Below, one piece after another: positions 17,785-26,748 of a stretch of 64,000 bases of DNA. A program made the translations under genes and the position numbers. The stretch comes from a virus (taxonomy: Duplodnaviria > Caudoviricetes), in IMG/VR virus record IMGVR_UViG_2791355311_000001, positions 1 through 64,000 of that record; one strand, written 5' to 3'. Positions within the stretch are counted from its first letter, which is position 1, and each line of letters opens with the position of its first letter. Below the pieces are notes generated by a model. That model saw only the letters and a program-made list of their open reading frames with translations, ran no database searches and was not told where the DNA came from.

Positions 17785-19371
17785 TTAATATCTATGTATT
17801 TTTATATCATCACTTGATAAAACATAATAATTAAATGTTTCTACACCACTCATACCTTTCGGCTGTGTTTTAAACTTTAGCTTATTGTTAAAGTTTGTTA
17901 TCATTGCACTGTTTGTTACTACTATCGTTCCAGTTTGTCCTACTGTGGCATTATTTAAGCTCATCTCTTCGCTTTGTGCTGGTTTTATCACAAAGTTATT
18001 TCCCTTACTTAAATCTATACTTAAGCTTGTTTGTTCTATTTGGTTTTTAGGTAAAGCGAAATTATCATCATCTATACTAAAACCTTCGCCTAAAACATTA
18101 AACAAATCTGCATATTCAGCTTTGCTTAAACTAGCACCATCAAGGGCTTTAAAACCCTTAGGTAAAGTTTGTCCTTTTGGGTAGTTAAAGATAGTTCCTA
18201 CAGGGATTGTGCTATTGTTTGCACTTATTAAGCTTTCTATCTTTGTGCTTGAATATGTCTTATTGGTTCCTTTGTTGTTATCATCTATGACATCTTGATT
18301 CGTTTTTTGTTGAATTTGTTCTGTTGGTAGATTAAAACTACTTTCATCACTTCCAAACTTATCACCTATGATTTCATAAAGTTCTGCATACTCTGATTTA
18401 TCTAAGCTACTTCCATCAAGTACCTTAAACCCTATCGGAAGTTCTTTGTCCTCCGGATATTCTACTACCGCACCCACCGGCACAGATGGGCTGTTTATAT
18501 CTATAAGTGTTTCTACTTTTTTACTTGAATACACCTTTATTAAAGATGGCTTTTTATCATCTATAAGCCCATCACTTGATACAGTTTGTATATCATCCTT
18601 TAACTCATTTAATTTATCTTTTAGCTCTGTTAGCTCTTGTTCTTTTTGTTTTATCTCATCAGCTGATTGTCTGACTTGATCAACTTCTTGTTTAGCTTCT
18701 TCTAACCTATCCATATAATCATCAATTTGTCTATTCTCTAGTTTTACATCTTCTACTTGTTTTATTATTTCTTGTGCTTTTTTATCTAATTCGTTTATTA
18801 CTTCATCGCGTTTGCTATACCAACAGCACATTTTTTCTTGCACAAAGTCTAATAGTTTTCTTGTTTGGTCTGCGATGTCTTGTGTAGCTTGTTGTTGTCT
18901 TGTCTCCACAGTAGCTACTGCATTTTGTGCTACAAGTTTCATCTCGTTTGATTTGTTTTGTAGTTCTTGATATATTTTAGATTTTAGTGCGTCAAGTCTG
19001 CTTATACCTTCATCAGCTCTTGCCAAAGCACTTTCTACTCTCTCAAGCTTTGATACTACTTCATCTTTTATACTATCCGCTTCACTTATTTTAGCTAAGC
19101 CACTAGATACAGCTTGGTTAATTTCACTAGCCTTAGCTTCTATTTCGCTTTTTATATTGTTTAAGCTAGTTTCATATCCTCTTAAAGCGCTTTCAAGTCC
19201 GTGAAGTTGTGCATATTTGCTATCAAAATCACTCTTACTAGAATCAAGTGCAACCTGTATAGCCTTAACATGGACTTCTATTTGCCTAAGCTCTTCAAAG
19301 TCCATAGCCTCTATTCTTTTGCCAAGTGCTAAAATCTCTTTACATATCTGAGTAAATTCTTTTTCAGCCAT
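17785..19371 (-). CDS. Tail fibre with long coiled coil and two tail-collar-like domains
   Basis: Two repeats of PVG.(V/I)..YP....LP.GF..LDG.SL.K.EYA.L...(I/L)G. Confidence 0.75.
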   Translation of the reverse strand: MAEKEFTQICKEILALGKRIEAMDFEELRQIEVHVKAIQVALDSSKSDFDSKYAQLHGLESALRGYETSLNNIKSEIEAKASEINQAVSSGLAKISEADSIKDEVVSKLERVESALARADEGISRLDALKSKIYQELQNKSNEMKLVAQNAVATVETRQQQATQDIADQTRKLLDFVQEKMCCWYSKRDEVINELDKKAQEIIKQVEDVKLENRQIDDYMDRLEEAKQEVDQVRQSADEIKQKEQELTELKDKLNELKDDIQTVSSDGLIDDKKPSLIKVYSSKKVETLIDINSPSVPVGAVVEYPEDKELPIGFKVLDGSSLDKSEYAELYEIIGDKFGSDESSFNLPTEQIQQKTNQDVIDDNNKGTNKTYSSTKIESLISANNSTIPVGTIFNYPKGQTLPKGFKALDGASLSKAEYADLFNVLGEGFSIDDDNFALPKNQIEQTSLSIDLSKGNNFVIKPAQSEEMSLNNATVGQTGTIVVTNSAMITNFNNKLKFKTQPKGMSGVETFNYYVLSSDDIKIHRY

Positions 19372-20019
19372 CTAATCCATCCTTGTTTTATCTTTCATAA
19401 GTTTGTCAAGTTCTCTTAAGTCTTCTCTGTCAGGGTCTATCTTTTGGTTTTGATAGTCAATAAATAAATAAATAAATTTTCTATATGATAAGTTCTTTAT
19501 CGTATATACATTAGCCATCCAATAATCCAATTTTTGGATAAAATCACTATCCCATACATAAAAACTATCAATCGCATAATTAATATCATAAGGCTTTAAC
19601 CACCCCTGTGCCTTTAGTGCTTCTTCTGTGTTGTAGCTTCTCTCATCAAAGTTATTTAGGTTATATTCGCACATTGCACTTTTATAAAGCCTGTCATATT
19701 TATAATAAAACTTATCTTCTTTCGCTCTATCTCTTGCTATCAAAGCACATAAAGCATTTAAAAGCATTTTGTCAAGAAAATCAATCTCATCATTATCGTT
19801 TTTTGGTAGTTTAAATTTCCTTACAAAATACTTTTTATCAATATAATAATCCACTTCAAAATGCCTATGGTCTATCTCTATAAGCTCAAGTGGAGTAGTT
19901 GCCCTAGTTATTTCTAGGGCTGATTTTTCCATAAGCATAAAAAACTCATTATCATCAGGGATTTTTACATCTCCCCTTGTGATAATCTCATATTGTCTTT
20001 TAAATGCTGATAGTGTCAT
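19372..20019 (-). CDS. Putative head-tail adaptor (start likely MTLSAF at 20019)
   Basis: Directly follows the capsid gene. N-terminal part resembles 42347-42730. Confidence 0.45.
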   Translation of the reverse strand: MTLSAFKRQYEIITRGDVKIPDDNEFFMLMEKSALEITRATTPLELIEIDHRHFEVDYYIDKKYFVRKFKLPKNDNDEIDFLDKMLLNALCALIARDRAKEDKFYYKYDRLYKSAMCEYNLNNFDERSYNTEEALKAQGWLKPYDINYAIDSFYVWDSDFIQKLDYWMANVYTIKNLSYRKFIYLFIDYQNQKIDPDREDLRELDKLMKDKTRMD

Positions 20020-20945
20020 TAGTTTGCCTTTAAGCTTTGTAATGCACAAAAGGCATAAGGTGTACACACTCTAAGAGTAAACTCGCTTATTATCTCTTTT
20101 AACTCTTTATCATCTGTTGTTACACGACTTTTTACTTCCATAGGACGCCAATTAACCTTAACGATATCTTCAGGGTTATAAGCAATTATTTCGTTGTTTT
20201 CAAGATAAGGGTTTAAAAGTATCTTGATATTGCTACCGTATGAGGTGCTTTTTAATGTCTGCACATTCACACCAAGATAGTTAGTGTCCATTGTTGCTTG
20301 TTGTTTTTTCTCAAGCAAAAAGTCTAATCTATCCTTTTGGTTATCGCCCATCATTAGTATTTTATAAGGACGTCCTTTTAAAAATCCAACCTTAAGCAAG
20401 TCTAATATCATTTGCCAACTAAGCTCAGAACCACCGGCATCTACTTTGTTTGAGCTAGTTAAAAAGCTCTTAAGCCCACCACATTTACCAGCCGTATTAG
20501 CAGAGTTTACTCTTTGCACCGCAGCTTGATCTGACACTAATATCTTCTCGATTGTTCTTTTATGCACGTGTGAACTAAGCTCACCTTGCACGGCTAGTTG
20601 TTTTTTACCATCTATTCTGTTTCCAGCTGCTTCACTACCTGTAACACCATAAGCATTTTTAACTATCTGAAAGTGATTTTTCAAACTTCCACCTGTATAG
20701 TTTTTAAGATCAGCCATCGCTGCACCTTCATTGTGTGCATTATCTATATCACAATCAGGTATCTCATCATAAAACCATTGATGACCCAAACTAACACTTG
20801 AGCTTCTATCTGCCGGTGCCATTGTTTGTATCGTGCTTAAAAATGGTGTTTCAGTCCAGCCTATCTGATATATTCTTCTTTCTAAGTCTGCCCCGCTTTT
20901 ACCAAAAGCTTCTTGTGTTGTTACTAAACCTTGTTTCATTGCCAT
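20019..20945 (-). CDS. Major capsid protein (SU10/DUF5309-like)
   Basis: ETPFLS.I, H.W..D, N..QI...V.G(S/T), E.TL.V..P.A. Homologous to 42730-43712. Confidence 0.8.
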   Translation of the reverse strand: MAMKQGLVTTQEAFGKSGADLERRIYQIGWTETPFLSTIQTMAPADRSSSVSLGHQWFYDEIPDCDIDNAHNEGAAMADLKNYTGGSLKNHFQIVKNAYGVTGSEAAGNRIDGKKQLAVQGELSSHVHKRTIEKILVSDQAAVQRVNSANTAGKCGGLKSFLTSSNKVDAGGSELSWQMILDLLKVGFLKGRPYKILMMGDNQKDRLDFLLEKKQQATMDTNYLGVNVQTLKSTSYGSNIKILLNPYLENNEIIAYNPEDIVKVNWRPMEVKSRVTTDDKELKEIISEFTLRVCTPYAFCALQSLKAN

Positions 20946-20963
20946 ATTATTATTCTCCTAACT

Positions 20964-21479
20964 TTATGCAAAAAATTTAGAATAAAAGCCTAACTTATCA
21001 TCATAGCTAGCTTCGCCTCTATTCATCTTCTCTATCCTCTCATCCATAGAGATACCGCCTGCCATTCCTCTACCTGTGTCAAACTCATCATCTTCTACTT
21101 GCTTATCTTTAAAGTGTGTAAGATAGATATTTTCAAAACCCATAGGGTTATAATACAAATCAGCAAATCCCGGGTCTTTCTTATCAAATTCAAGTATCTT
21201 ATCTATGATTTTTCTAACATTAAAGTCAGAATATTTATTTTTCATAGTTTTATCAATTTCATCTAGCTCACGCTCTTGTTCCATATGTTTGAAGTTATGA
21301 TATTCATCTTCATTCATAGTTATAGTTTTTGGTTCTTTTGCTTTTGGCTCAGTTTTTTCTGCTGGCTTATCAGCTGCTTTTGTTTCTACTTTTTTTGTGC
21401 CTTGTTCGCTATTGTCTGTGCTAGGCTCTTGTCCGACATCATCCAAAGACACATCAAAAGCACTTAAATCTTTATCCAT
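20964..21479 (-). CDS. Putative scaffolding protein
   Basis: Acidic, charged, directly upstream of the capsid gene. C-terminal KMNRGE resembles RIKRGE in 48592-49266. Confidence 0.6.
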   Translation of the reverse strand: MDKDLSAFDVSLDDVGQEPSTDNSEQGTKKVETKAADKPAEKTEPKAKEPKTITMNEDEYHNFKHMEQERELDEIDKTMKNKYSDFNVRKIIDKILEFDKKDPGFADLYYNPMGFENIYLTHFKDKQVEDDEFDTGRGMAGGISMDERIEKMNRGEASYDDKLGFYSKFFA

Positions 21480-21910
21480 TATTTATCTCCCTCATTGTCT
21501 AATAATTCAGGCTCTACCGCTGGCAAAACTTCCACATCTGATTTATGCTCCTTTTCACCCCTGCTAGCCTTTTCAAGTTCAAGCAATCTTCTTTTTGTTT
21601 TTACAAGTTCTGCTTTTAGCTCTTCTATGGTTTTAAACTCTACAACACCAAGTGCCTCAGCCTCTTTTTCATCTTTTGATAAAGCTTCCCACTCTTCAGG
21701 ACTCATCACACTTATGGAGTTTATAAAGCCACCATTTTTTAATCGCAAAACATAATCCCCTATGTTTCCACCATCTACCTGCCCCTTTGTGGCATTTTTA
21801 CCCCTGCCACCTTCATAGACATTTAGTCCGTTACTTGCTTGATACTTGATAATACCAAGCACTTCAAACTGTTCTTTATATCTCATAAAAACTCCTTTGG
21901 TATTTTTCAT
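21479..21910 (-). CDS. Hypothetical phage protein
   Basis: ORF between portal and scaffold. Confidence 0.55.
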   Translation of the reverse strand: MKNTKGVFMRYKEQFEVLGIIKYQASNGLNVYEGGRGKNATKGQVDGGNIGDYVLRLKNGGFINSISVMSPEEWEALSKDEKEAEALGVVEFKTIEELKAELVKTKRRLLELEKASRGEKEHKSDVEVLPAVEPELLDNEGDK

Positions 21911-21944
21911 ATTTTATTTATTTCTTTCCTACTTTTTATAAAAA

Positions 21945-23621
21945 CTATACGCCACCCATAGCTAAATTTGCTAATTCTTTTTGCTCATCGCTTAATTCTT
22001 GTTCTTGTGCTTCTTGCTGTGCTTGCATCGCTTGTTGTTCTGCCATCGCTTGCTGTTGTGCTTGCATTTGTGCTATATACTCATCTATCATCTCAAGCGG
22101 TGCATTTTCACCAAGTATAAGTGTCAAAATCTCTTTTAATATACCCGACACTATCTCTATAGACTGTATGCCGTTTTGAGCTAAGACTCCAAGCAGGCTA
22201 TTAAGCTGCCCTATCTTAACCTCCTTGCTTATAGTAGTTCCAAACTCTATATTTACATCAAAATCAAGTCTATTACTACGCCTAAAGCTCTCATCACCTA
22301 TCTTTGCTATAAGCTCTTCATCTTCTGTTATCTTTATAAAGTCATCATCGCTAGTATGTTTATATATAAGCTCTACAAAGTGAGTAGCATAAGATGAAAG
22401 CATAGTCTCCATTAGTGTTTGCATCATACTCTCAATTCTCATAGAACTTGATGCATTCACAGTTTGCAAAGCCCCCATTGCACGCCTATCGCTAGGGCTA
22501 GTCTGTCCGGTCATTACACTATTTACACCAGTAATTACTTCATACTCATTTTTAAGCATAGCTATCTCTTCACTAAGTGGATATGCATTTGGTTGTGGTA
22601 ATGGTTGGATTATATCGCTTATGCTTTTACCTTGAATACTTTGCGCCCTTATATATTTTTTTCTTGCAGATATGTCGCTTATAGCTATCTCTCCAACCTC
22701 TTTATCTATGATATACAAAGGGTCTATTTGATTTTCTGTTATATCTATCTTTTGATTTCTTTTTATGTTGTATTCTTCTTGTATTTCTCTTGCTATTTCA
22801 CTTATACAAGACCCATAAACACAGTTTTGATTTTCTCTATCTTCTTCTAAAATCCTTGGCATATCCTCTATACAATACCCAAAGTGAAAAGGTAGTCTTG
22901 AAAATGTAGCCTCTCTAACAAGCACATCATTAGCAAAGCTTTTTAATTTCCATACGATCTTATTATCCTTATAACTCTTTTCGTATAAGTCTTTCATCTG
23001 TATGCGTGAGCTATCTTTACTATAAGCCCTATAAATAGCCTCTTCATCCTCCACTTGCTTATAGTATTTGCTTTTAATCTTTTGTTTTACTTCTCTTATT
23101 GATTGGTGCCATTTGTAGGCTACATATTCTATATCATTTATATCACTTGCATCTTTATCAAAGGCTAGATCGTTTATAGGTATAAATCTAGTTCTTATTT
23201 TCTTTTCTTGCCCATCATAATAAAGGCTGGTTATTCCAAGCGGTAGATATAGTGCGGATAATACCGCCTTGCTTAATCCTACCCTATGTTCTGTTTTTTT
23301 CCATCTGTTTTTAAGCACTGCTGTTAGTGCATTTTGTAAGGTTAAATCACTATCACTTTTTAAACCAACCCTTGTTATCTCTATAGGACAACGATCGGAC
23401 ATAAAGCTAGTTTTAAATATTGAGTGTATTATCAAAACAGTTGTCTTTATAAGTGGTACATAAAGCCTTGATCTGCTTCTTTCTGTATTTTTTCTTTTTG
23501 TGGTTCTGTTATCTTCTTTATATTTTGCAAGATATGCTCTTTCACAATTTAAAAATCGTTCTTGTAACTTTTCTAAATTCTTAAAAGCTTCATTTACTAA
23601 TTCCAGCTTAACATCAGCCAT
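21945..23621 (-). CDS. Portal protein
   Basis: 558 aa. RSRLYVP, FD..A....D, CVYG, QEEYNI.RN..ID, Gln-rich C-terminus. Homologous to the split portal of prophage 2. Confidence 0.8.
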   Translation of the reverse strand: MADVKLELVNEAFKNLEKLQERFLNCERAYLAKYKEDNRTTKRKNTERSRSRLYVPLIKTTVLIIHSIFKTSFMSDRCPIEITRVGLKSDSDLTLQNALTAVLKNRWKKTEHRVGLSKAVLSALYLPLGITSLYYDGQEKKIRTRFIPINDLAFDKDASDINDIEYVAYKWHQSIREVKQKIKSKYYKQVEDEEAIYRAYSKDSSRIQMKDLYEKSYKDNKIVWKLKSFANDVLVREATFSRLPFHFGYCIEDMPRILEEDRENQNCVYGSCISEIAREIQEEYNIKRNQKIDITENQIDPLYIIDKEVGEIAISDISARKKYIRAQSIQGKSISDIIQPLPQPNAYPLSEEIAMLKNEYEVITGVNSVMTGQTSPSDRRAMGALQTVNASSSMRIESMMQTLMETMLSSYATHFVELIYKHTSDDDFIKITEDEELIAKIGDESFRRSNRLDFDVNIEFGTTISKEVKIGQLNSLLGVLAQNGIQSIEIVSGILKEILTLILGENAPLEMIDEYIAQMQAQQQAMAEQQAMQAQQEAQEQELSDEQKELANLAMGGV

Positions 23622-23688
23622 ATAACTATCCTTTCTAACATTTAGAATAGTTTAATTAGTATTTTCCTATTTTTTATAAAGTTTTTTA

Positions 23689-23820
23689 TTTACAAATTTA
23701 CTTTTTTTATATATAATTTCAAATTAAAGATAACTTGTGATGGATTAAAGCTGTAGTCTTGCATTCAAGGTAGGCATTTGCTTAGTATTCTGCACGCTCC
23801 TGGGGTTATCTTTTTTTTTA
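23689..23820 (+). ncRNA. Candidate ~95-nt sRNA with its own sigma70 promoter
   Basis: TTTACA(23689-94)-N17-TATAAT(23712-17). Terminal stem AAAGATAAC/GTTATCTTT followed by a T-run. Confidence 0.4.
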
Positions 23821-23830
23821 TTTTTGTGGA

Positions 23831-24277
23831 TTATTTTTTGTTTCTTCCGCTTATATGATATAAGCCTAAGATTACAGTACTTATAACAGAAGTGATTGAA
23901 AATGCAGTTTGTTCTGTATATACGGCATATGCTACTATACCCAAACAACTAAGTATAACTACAAAAGCCAGCCATTGCCCAATACCAGAGTATTTTATAT
24001 TTGCGTCTGATTCTTTTATTCTTATTTTTTGTTCATCTTTTTCTATATTTATTAACCCATTCTCAATTTGCCTAACATGTTCATTATTTTGTAAAATTAC
24101 TTCTAGATACTCTCTAGCCAAGTCTTGATTTATTTTTGCTATACTTGCAAGTTCAGATGGGTTTATCTCTACATTTACATTTGTGTTTTGGATTATAGCC
24201 TTTACATCCATATGTTTATCCAAAACATCTTGATTTTTATTTTTTTGAGCTTTTTCTTTTAAGTTGTTCTTCTTCAA
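23831..24277 (-). CDS. DUF2335-like two-TM membrane protein (moron)
   Basis: P.EL.....I...LA...L......EH...IE, then GQW and two TM helices. Confidence 0.55.
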   Translation of the reverse strand: MKKNNLKEKAQKNKNQDVLDKHMDVKAIIQNTNVNVEINPSELASIAKINQDLAREYLEVILQNNEHVRQIENGLINIEKDEQKIRIKESDANIKYSGIGQWLAFVVILSCLGIVAYAVYTEQTAFSITSVISTVILGLYHISGRNKK

Positions 24278-24401
24278 TTGCTCTATCTCTCTTTTTATAA
24301 AAATCTATAAATGTTTCGCCATATTCTTTAGCGTGTTTTATCTTCACAGGCGTAAAAGCATTTCTAAAGCCCATAACAAGATAGTTAAATGCTACATTCA
24401 T
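24237..24401 (-). CDS. 54-aa hypothetical protein MNVAFNYLVMGF... (not in the ORF track)
   Basis: SD AGGAGG upstream. Overlaps the start of the DUF2335-like gene. Confidence 0.5.
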   Translation of the reverse strand: MNVAFNYLVMGFRNAFTPVKIKHAKEYGETFIDFYKKRDRAIEEEQLKRKSSKK

Positions 24402-24568
24402 TTTTTGCCTCCTTATCTATCTAATAAGCACAATAATTATACCATATATTAATTAAACTTAATCAAGCTAAAACAACATAAAAGTATTTAATGCCTAAGT
24501 AAATATATTTTATCTTTTTTTTCCTAACTTTTATATATTAAAACATCTTCATCTGTATAGAAAACTAT

Positions 24569-24892
24569 TTATTTTTTTTGGTTTTTTAAAGTAATAATTT
24601 TTACTTTTAAAAAAGGTTCATCGTCTTCGTGTTCTTTTATAAATTCAGCTTTTAAAATCTCATAATATGGTATATCCAAATTTTTTAGCATTTCCTCTGC
24701 GGCCATATTTGGATTACCAATATATCCAGTATCAATTGGGGCATCTTCTCTCGTAATTATAAATTCTTTTACCTTGTATATTGATAACTTGTGATCACCA
24801 CCAGCTCTTAAACCAGTTTTTACATTTGTTATGTTACCACTATTGTTGCCATTTACTATAACAGAATTGTTATTGTTGCTTATATTGCTCAT
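24569..24892 (-). CDS. Hypothetical protein co-transcribed with the repressor
   Basis: ATGA overlap with the CI stop. N-terminal NSVIVNGNNSGNI motif shared with CI. Confidence 0.6.
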   Translation of the reverse strand: MSNISNNNNSVIVNGNNSGNITNVKTGLRAGGDHKLSIYKVKEFIITREDAPIDTGYIGNPNMAAEEMLKNLDIPYYEILKAEFIKEHEDDEPFLKVKIITLKNQKK

Positions 24893-25278
24893 TGTGTAAC
24901 CTCTTTTATTTTTAGTAGCTTGTCTTTAAACTCTTGTAATATTTTGTTATTGCCGTATTCTTCAAATAATTCTATAAACTCCATAAGCTCAGAACTAACT
25001 TTGTGCTGATGGCTATTTACTATATTTCCACTATTTGAGCCATTGACAATAACTGAATTTTGAATATCTGAATAATTACCCTTGCCATCTAATAGCCATT
25101 CCAAGCTAACAAGATTATCCTGTGAAACATCTATTAATCTCTTTGTAGGTATTGATTTTCTATCTTTCCAGCCATTTAAAGTTTTATAAGGAACATTCAT
25201 TGCAACTGCTAATTCTTTATCTGTTTTGACTTCAAAAAGCCACCTTAATCGCCAAAATATATTTTCAACATCTTGCAT
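24889..25278 (-). CDS. CI-like phage repressor (HTH, no peptidase domain)
   Basis: DKELAVAMNVPYKTLNGWKDRKSIP...VSLEWLLDGKG. Divergent from the Cro-like gene. Confidence 0.8.
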   Translation of the reverse strand: MQDVENIFWRLRWLFEVKTDKELAVAMNVPYKTLNGWKDRKSIPTKRLIDVSQDNLVSLEWLLDGKGNYSDIQNSVIVNGSNSGNIVNSHQHKVSSELMEFIELFEEYGNNKILQEFKDKLLKIKEVTQ

Positions 25279-25291
25279 TTTTATCCTTTTA

Positions 25292-25343
25292 AAGTATTTT
25301 TTACTATAAAATACTTGACTTTTAAAAAAAATAGGGTTATAAT
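25292..25343 (+). promoter_or_regulatory. Lytic promoter with overlapping operator-like inverted repeat
   Basis: TTGACT(25315-20)-N17-TATAAT(25338-43). Inverted repeat AAGTATTTT/AAAATACTT at 25292-25316. Confidence 0.6.
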
Positions 25344-25419
25344 TACCACAAAATTAAGTAAATGATTTGCCAAATATCACACATTATAGCAAATCTTTTA
25401 CCAAAAAGGGCTTTAAATA

Positions 25420-25668
25420 ATGGTAAAAATAGATTTTGAAAGTATAGGTGATAGACTTGAAGCTATGAGAAAAGTAGCAGGGCTAAACAAGCAAAAAACC
25501 TATGAGCTATTAGAGACTACGAAATTTATCTATCACGAAGTCCGTTATGGTAGAAAAAAAATGCCATTAAGTTGGGCTTTTACTTTTAATGAAAAATATG
25601 GTTTTAACTTGCAATGGATTTATTCAGGACAAGGCGAAATTTTTATATCAAATAAGGATAACAAATGA
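25420..25668 (+). CDS. Cro-like HTH regulator
   Basis: IGDRLEAMRK..GLNK...NLQWIYSGQGE. Confidence 0.7.
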   Translation: MVKIDFESIGDRLEAMRKVAGLNKQKTYELLETTKFIYHEVRYGRKKMPLSWAFTFNEKYGFNLQWIYSGQGEIFISNKDNK

Positions 25669-25771
25669 GTTTAGAACTTAGCCTATTGATAATATCAGTA
25701 ACATTTATATCTTTTATGGGTGGAGCATTTTTATCAATATTTTTATATTTGTTTTTTACAAAGGGTAAAAA

Positions 25772-26371
25772 ATGAGACCGATAGGATCAACAAAAGAGCG
25801 TTTACCTATATACAACATGACTTTTAATACATTGATTTGCCAATTAAAAATGGATAAGCATATATCAGATGAAACCAAAAACAAGCTAATACAAGCTTAC
25901 ACTTTACTTTATTATACAGGTTGTAGGGTTAGCGAGATAGCAAAATTAGATGTATCAGATATTAAAAATATAATAGCATTAAAAACACTTGCATTAAACG
26001 GTCAAACTAAAACTAAAAGACCAAGAACTATCCATTTTACAGATAGAATGATAGCTATAATAAAAGATTTTAAATTAGATAATGCTACTAAACATGGGGA
26101 TTATTTGTTTTACCAAAATGGCACAAATTACCCTATGGATAAAAAAGGTTTAACCAAACTTTTAAACAACTATCTAATGGCATATCTTAAAACAGACCTT
26201 TACACTACGCATAGCTTTAGAGCTGGCTATATAACAAGGATAGTTGAAAGCACGGGCAATATAAGAACGGCTTGTGATATGGTAGGACATAGAAATGTAA
26301 CTACCACACTTAGATATATAGCTACCTCAAAAGAGCAAAAGTTAGACGCACTTGCAAAGGTATTTGGATGA
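25772..26371 (+). CDS. Tyrosine recombinase, catalytic domain only
   Basis: TGCRVSE, TKTK, HSFR, GH.....T.RY catalytic set in 199 aa. Confidence 0.85.
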   Translation: MRPIGSTKERLPIYNMTFNTLICQLKMDKHISDETKNKLIQAYTLLYYTGCRVSEIAKLDVSDIKNIIALKTLALNGQTKTKRPRTIHFTDRMIAIIKDFKLDNATKHGDYLFYQNGTNYPMDKKGLTKLLNNYLMAYLKTDLYTTHSFRAGYITRIVESTGNIRTACDMVGHRNVTTTLRYIATSKEQKLDALAKVFG

Positions 26372-26748
26372 GAGAGTTTATCCCTATTCAATACTTTGAT
26401 TTATCAAACACAACTAAAAAAGATATTCAAAACCTTTATTATAGAGATAAGCAAATAGGTAGAACAGATAGATTTATGATTGAAAACGGGCAGTTATTAG
26501 TGCATAATGATTATAAATGCCCACATTTTCACAAGGTAGCTGATTTATATTACAAAGCACTTGAATGTGCTAATTCACAAAGAGAGTTAGCAAAATTTGT
26601 AGCAAAGCAAACAGGTAAAGATATAAACACTGTGTATTTTTATTTTAGAAATTTCCGTTTCAAAAATCCAGACTTTGCACAACAAATATGCAATCTCTTA
26701 AAAAGATTTATAAAAGAAAATAATTTATTTGGGGATTATGATGAATAA
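26368..26748 (+). CDS. Hypothetical phage protein, possible HTH
   Basis: SQRELAKFVAKQTGKDINTVYFY. Confidence 0.55.
   Translation: MREFIPIQYFDLSNTTKKDIQNLYYRDKQIGRTDRFMIENGQLLVHNDYKCPHFHKVADLYYKALECANSQRELAKFVAKQTGKDINTVYFYFRNFRFKNPDFAQQICNLLKRFIKENNLFGDYDE

Noticed and set aside
22080-22160. Second bridge-RNA target in the prophage 1 portal
   Set aside because: The equivalent region reads GTCAAAATCTCTTTT, with no match to the right guide (CTTCCCA). I did not scan the whole window exhaustively.
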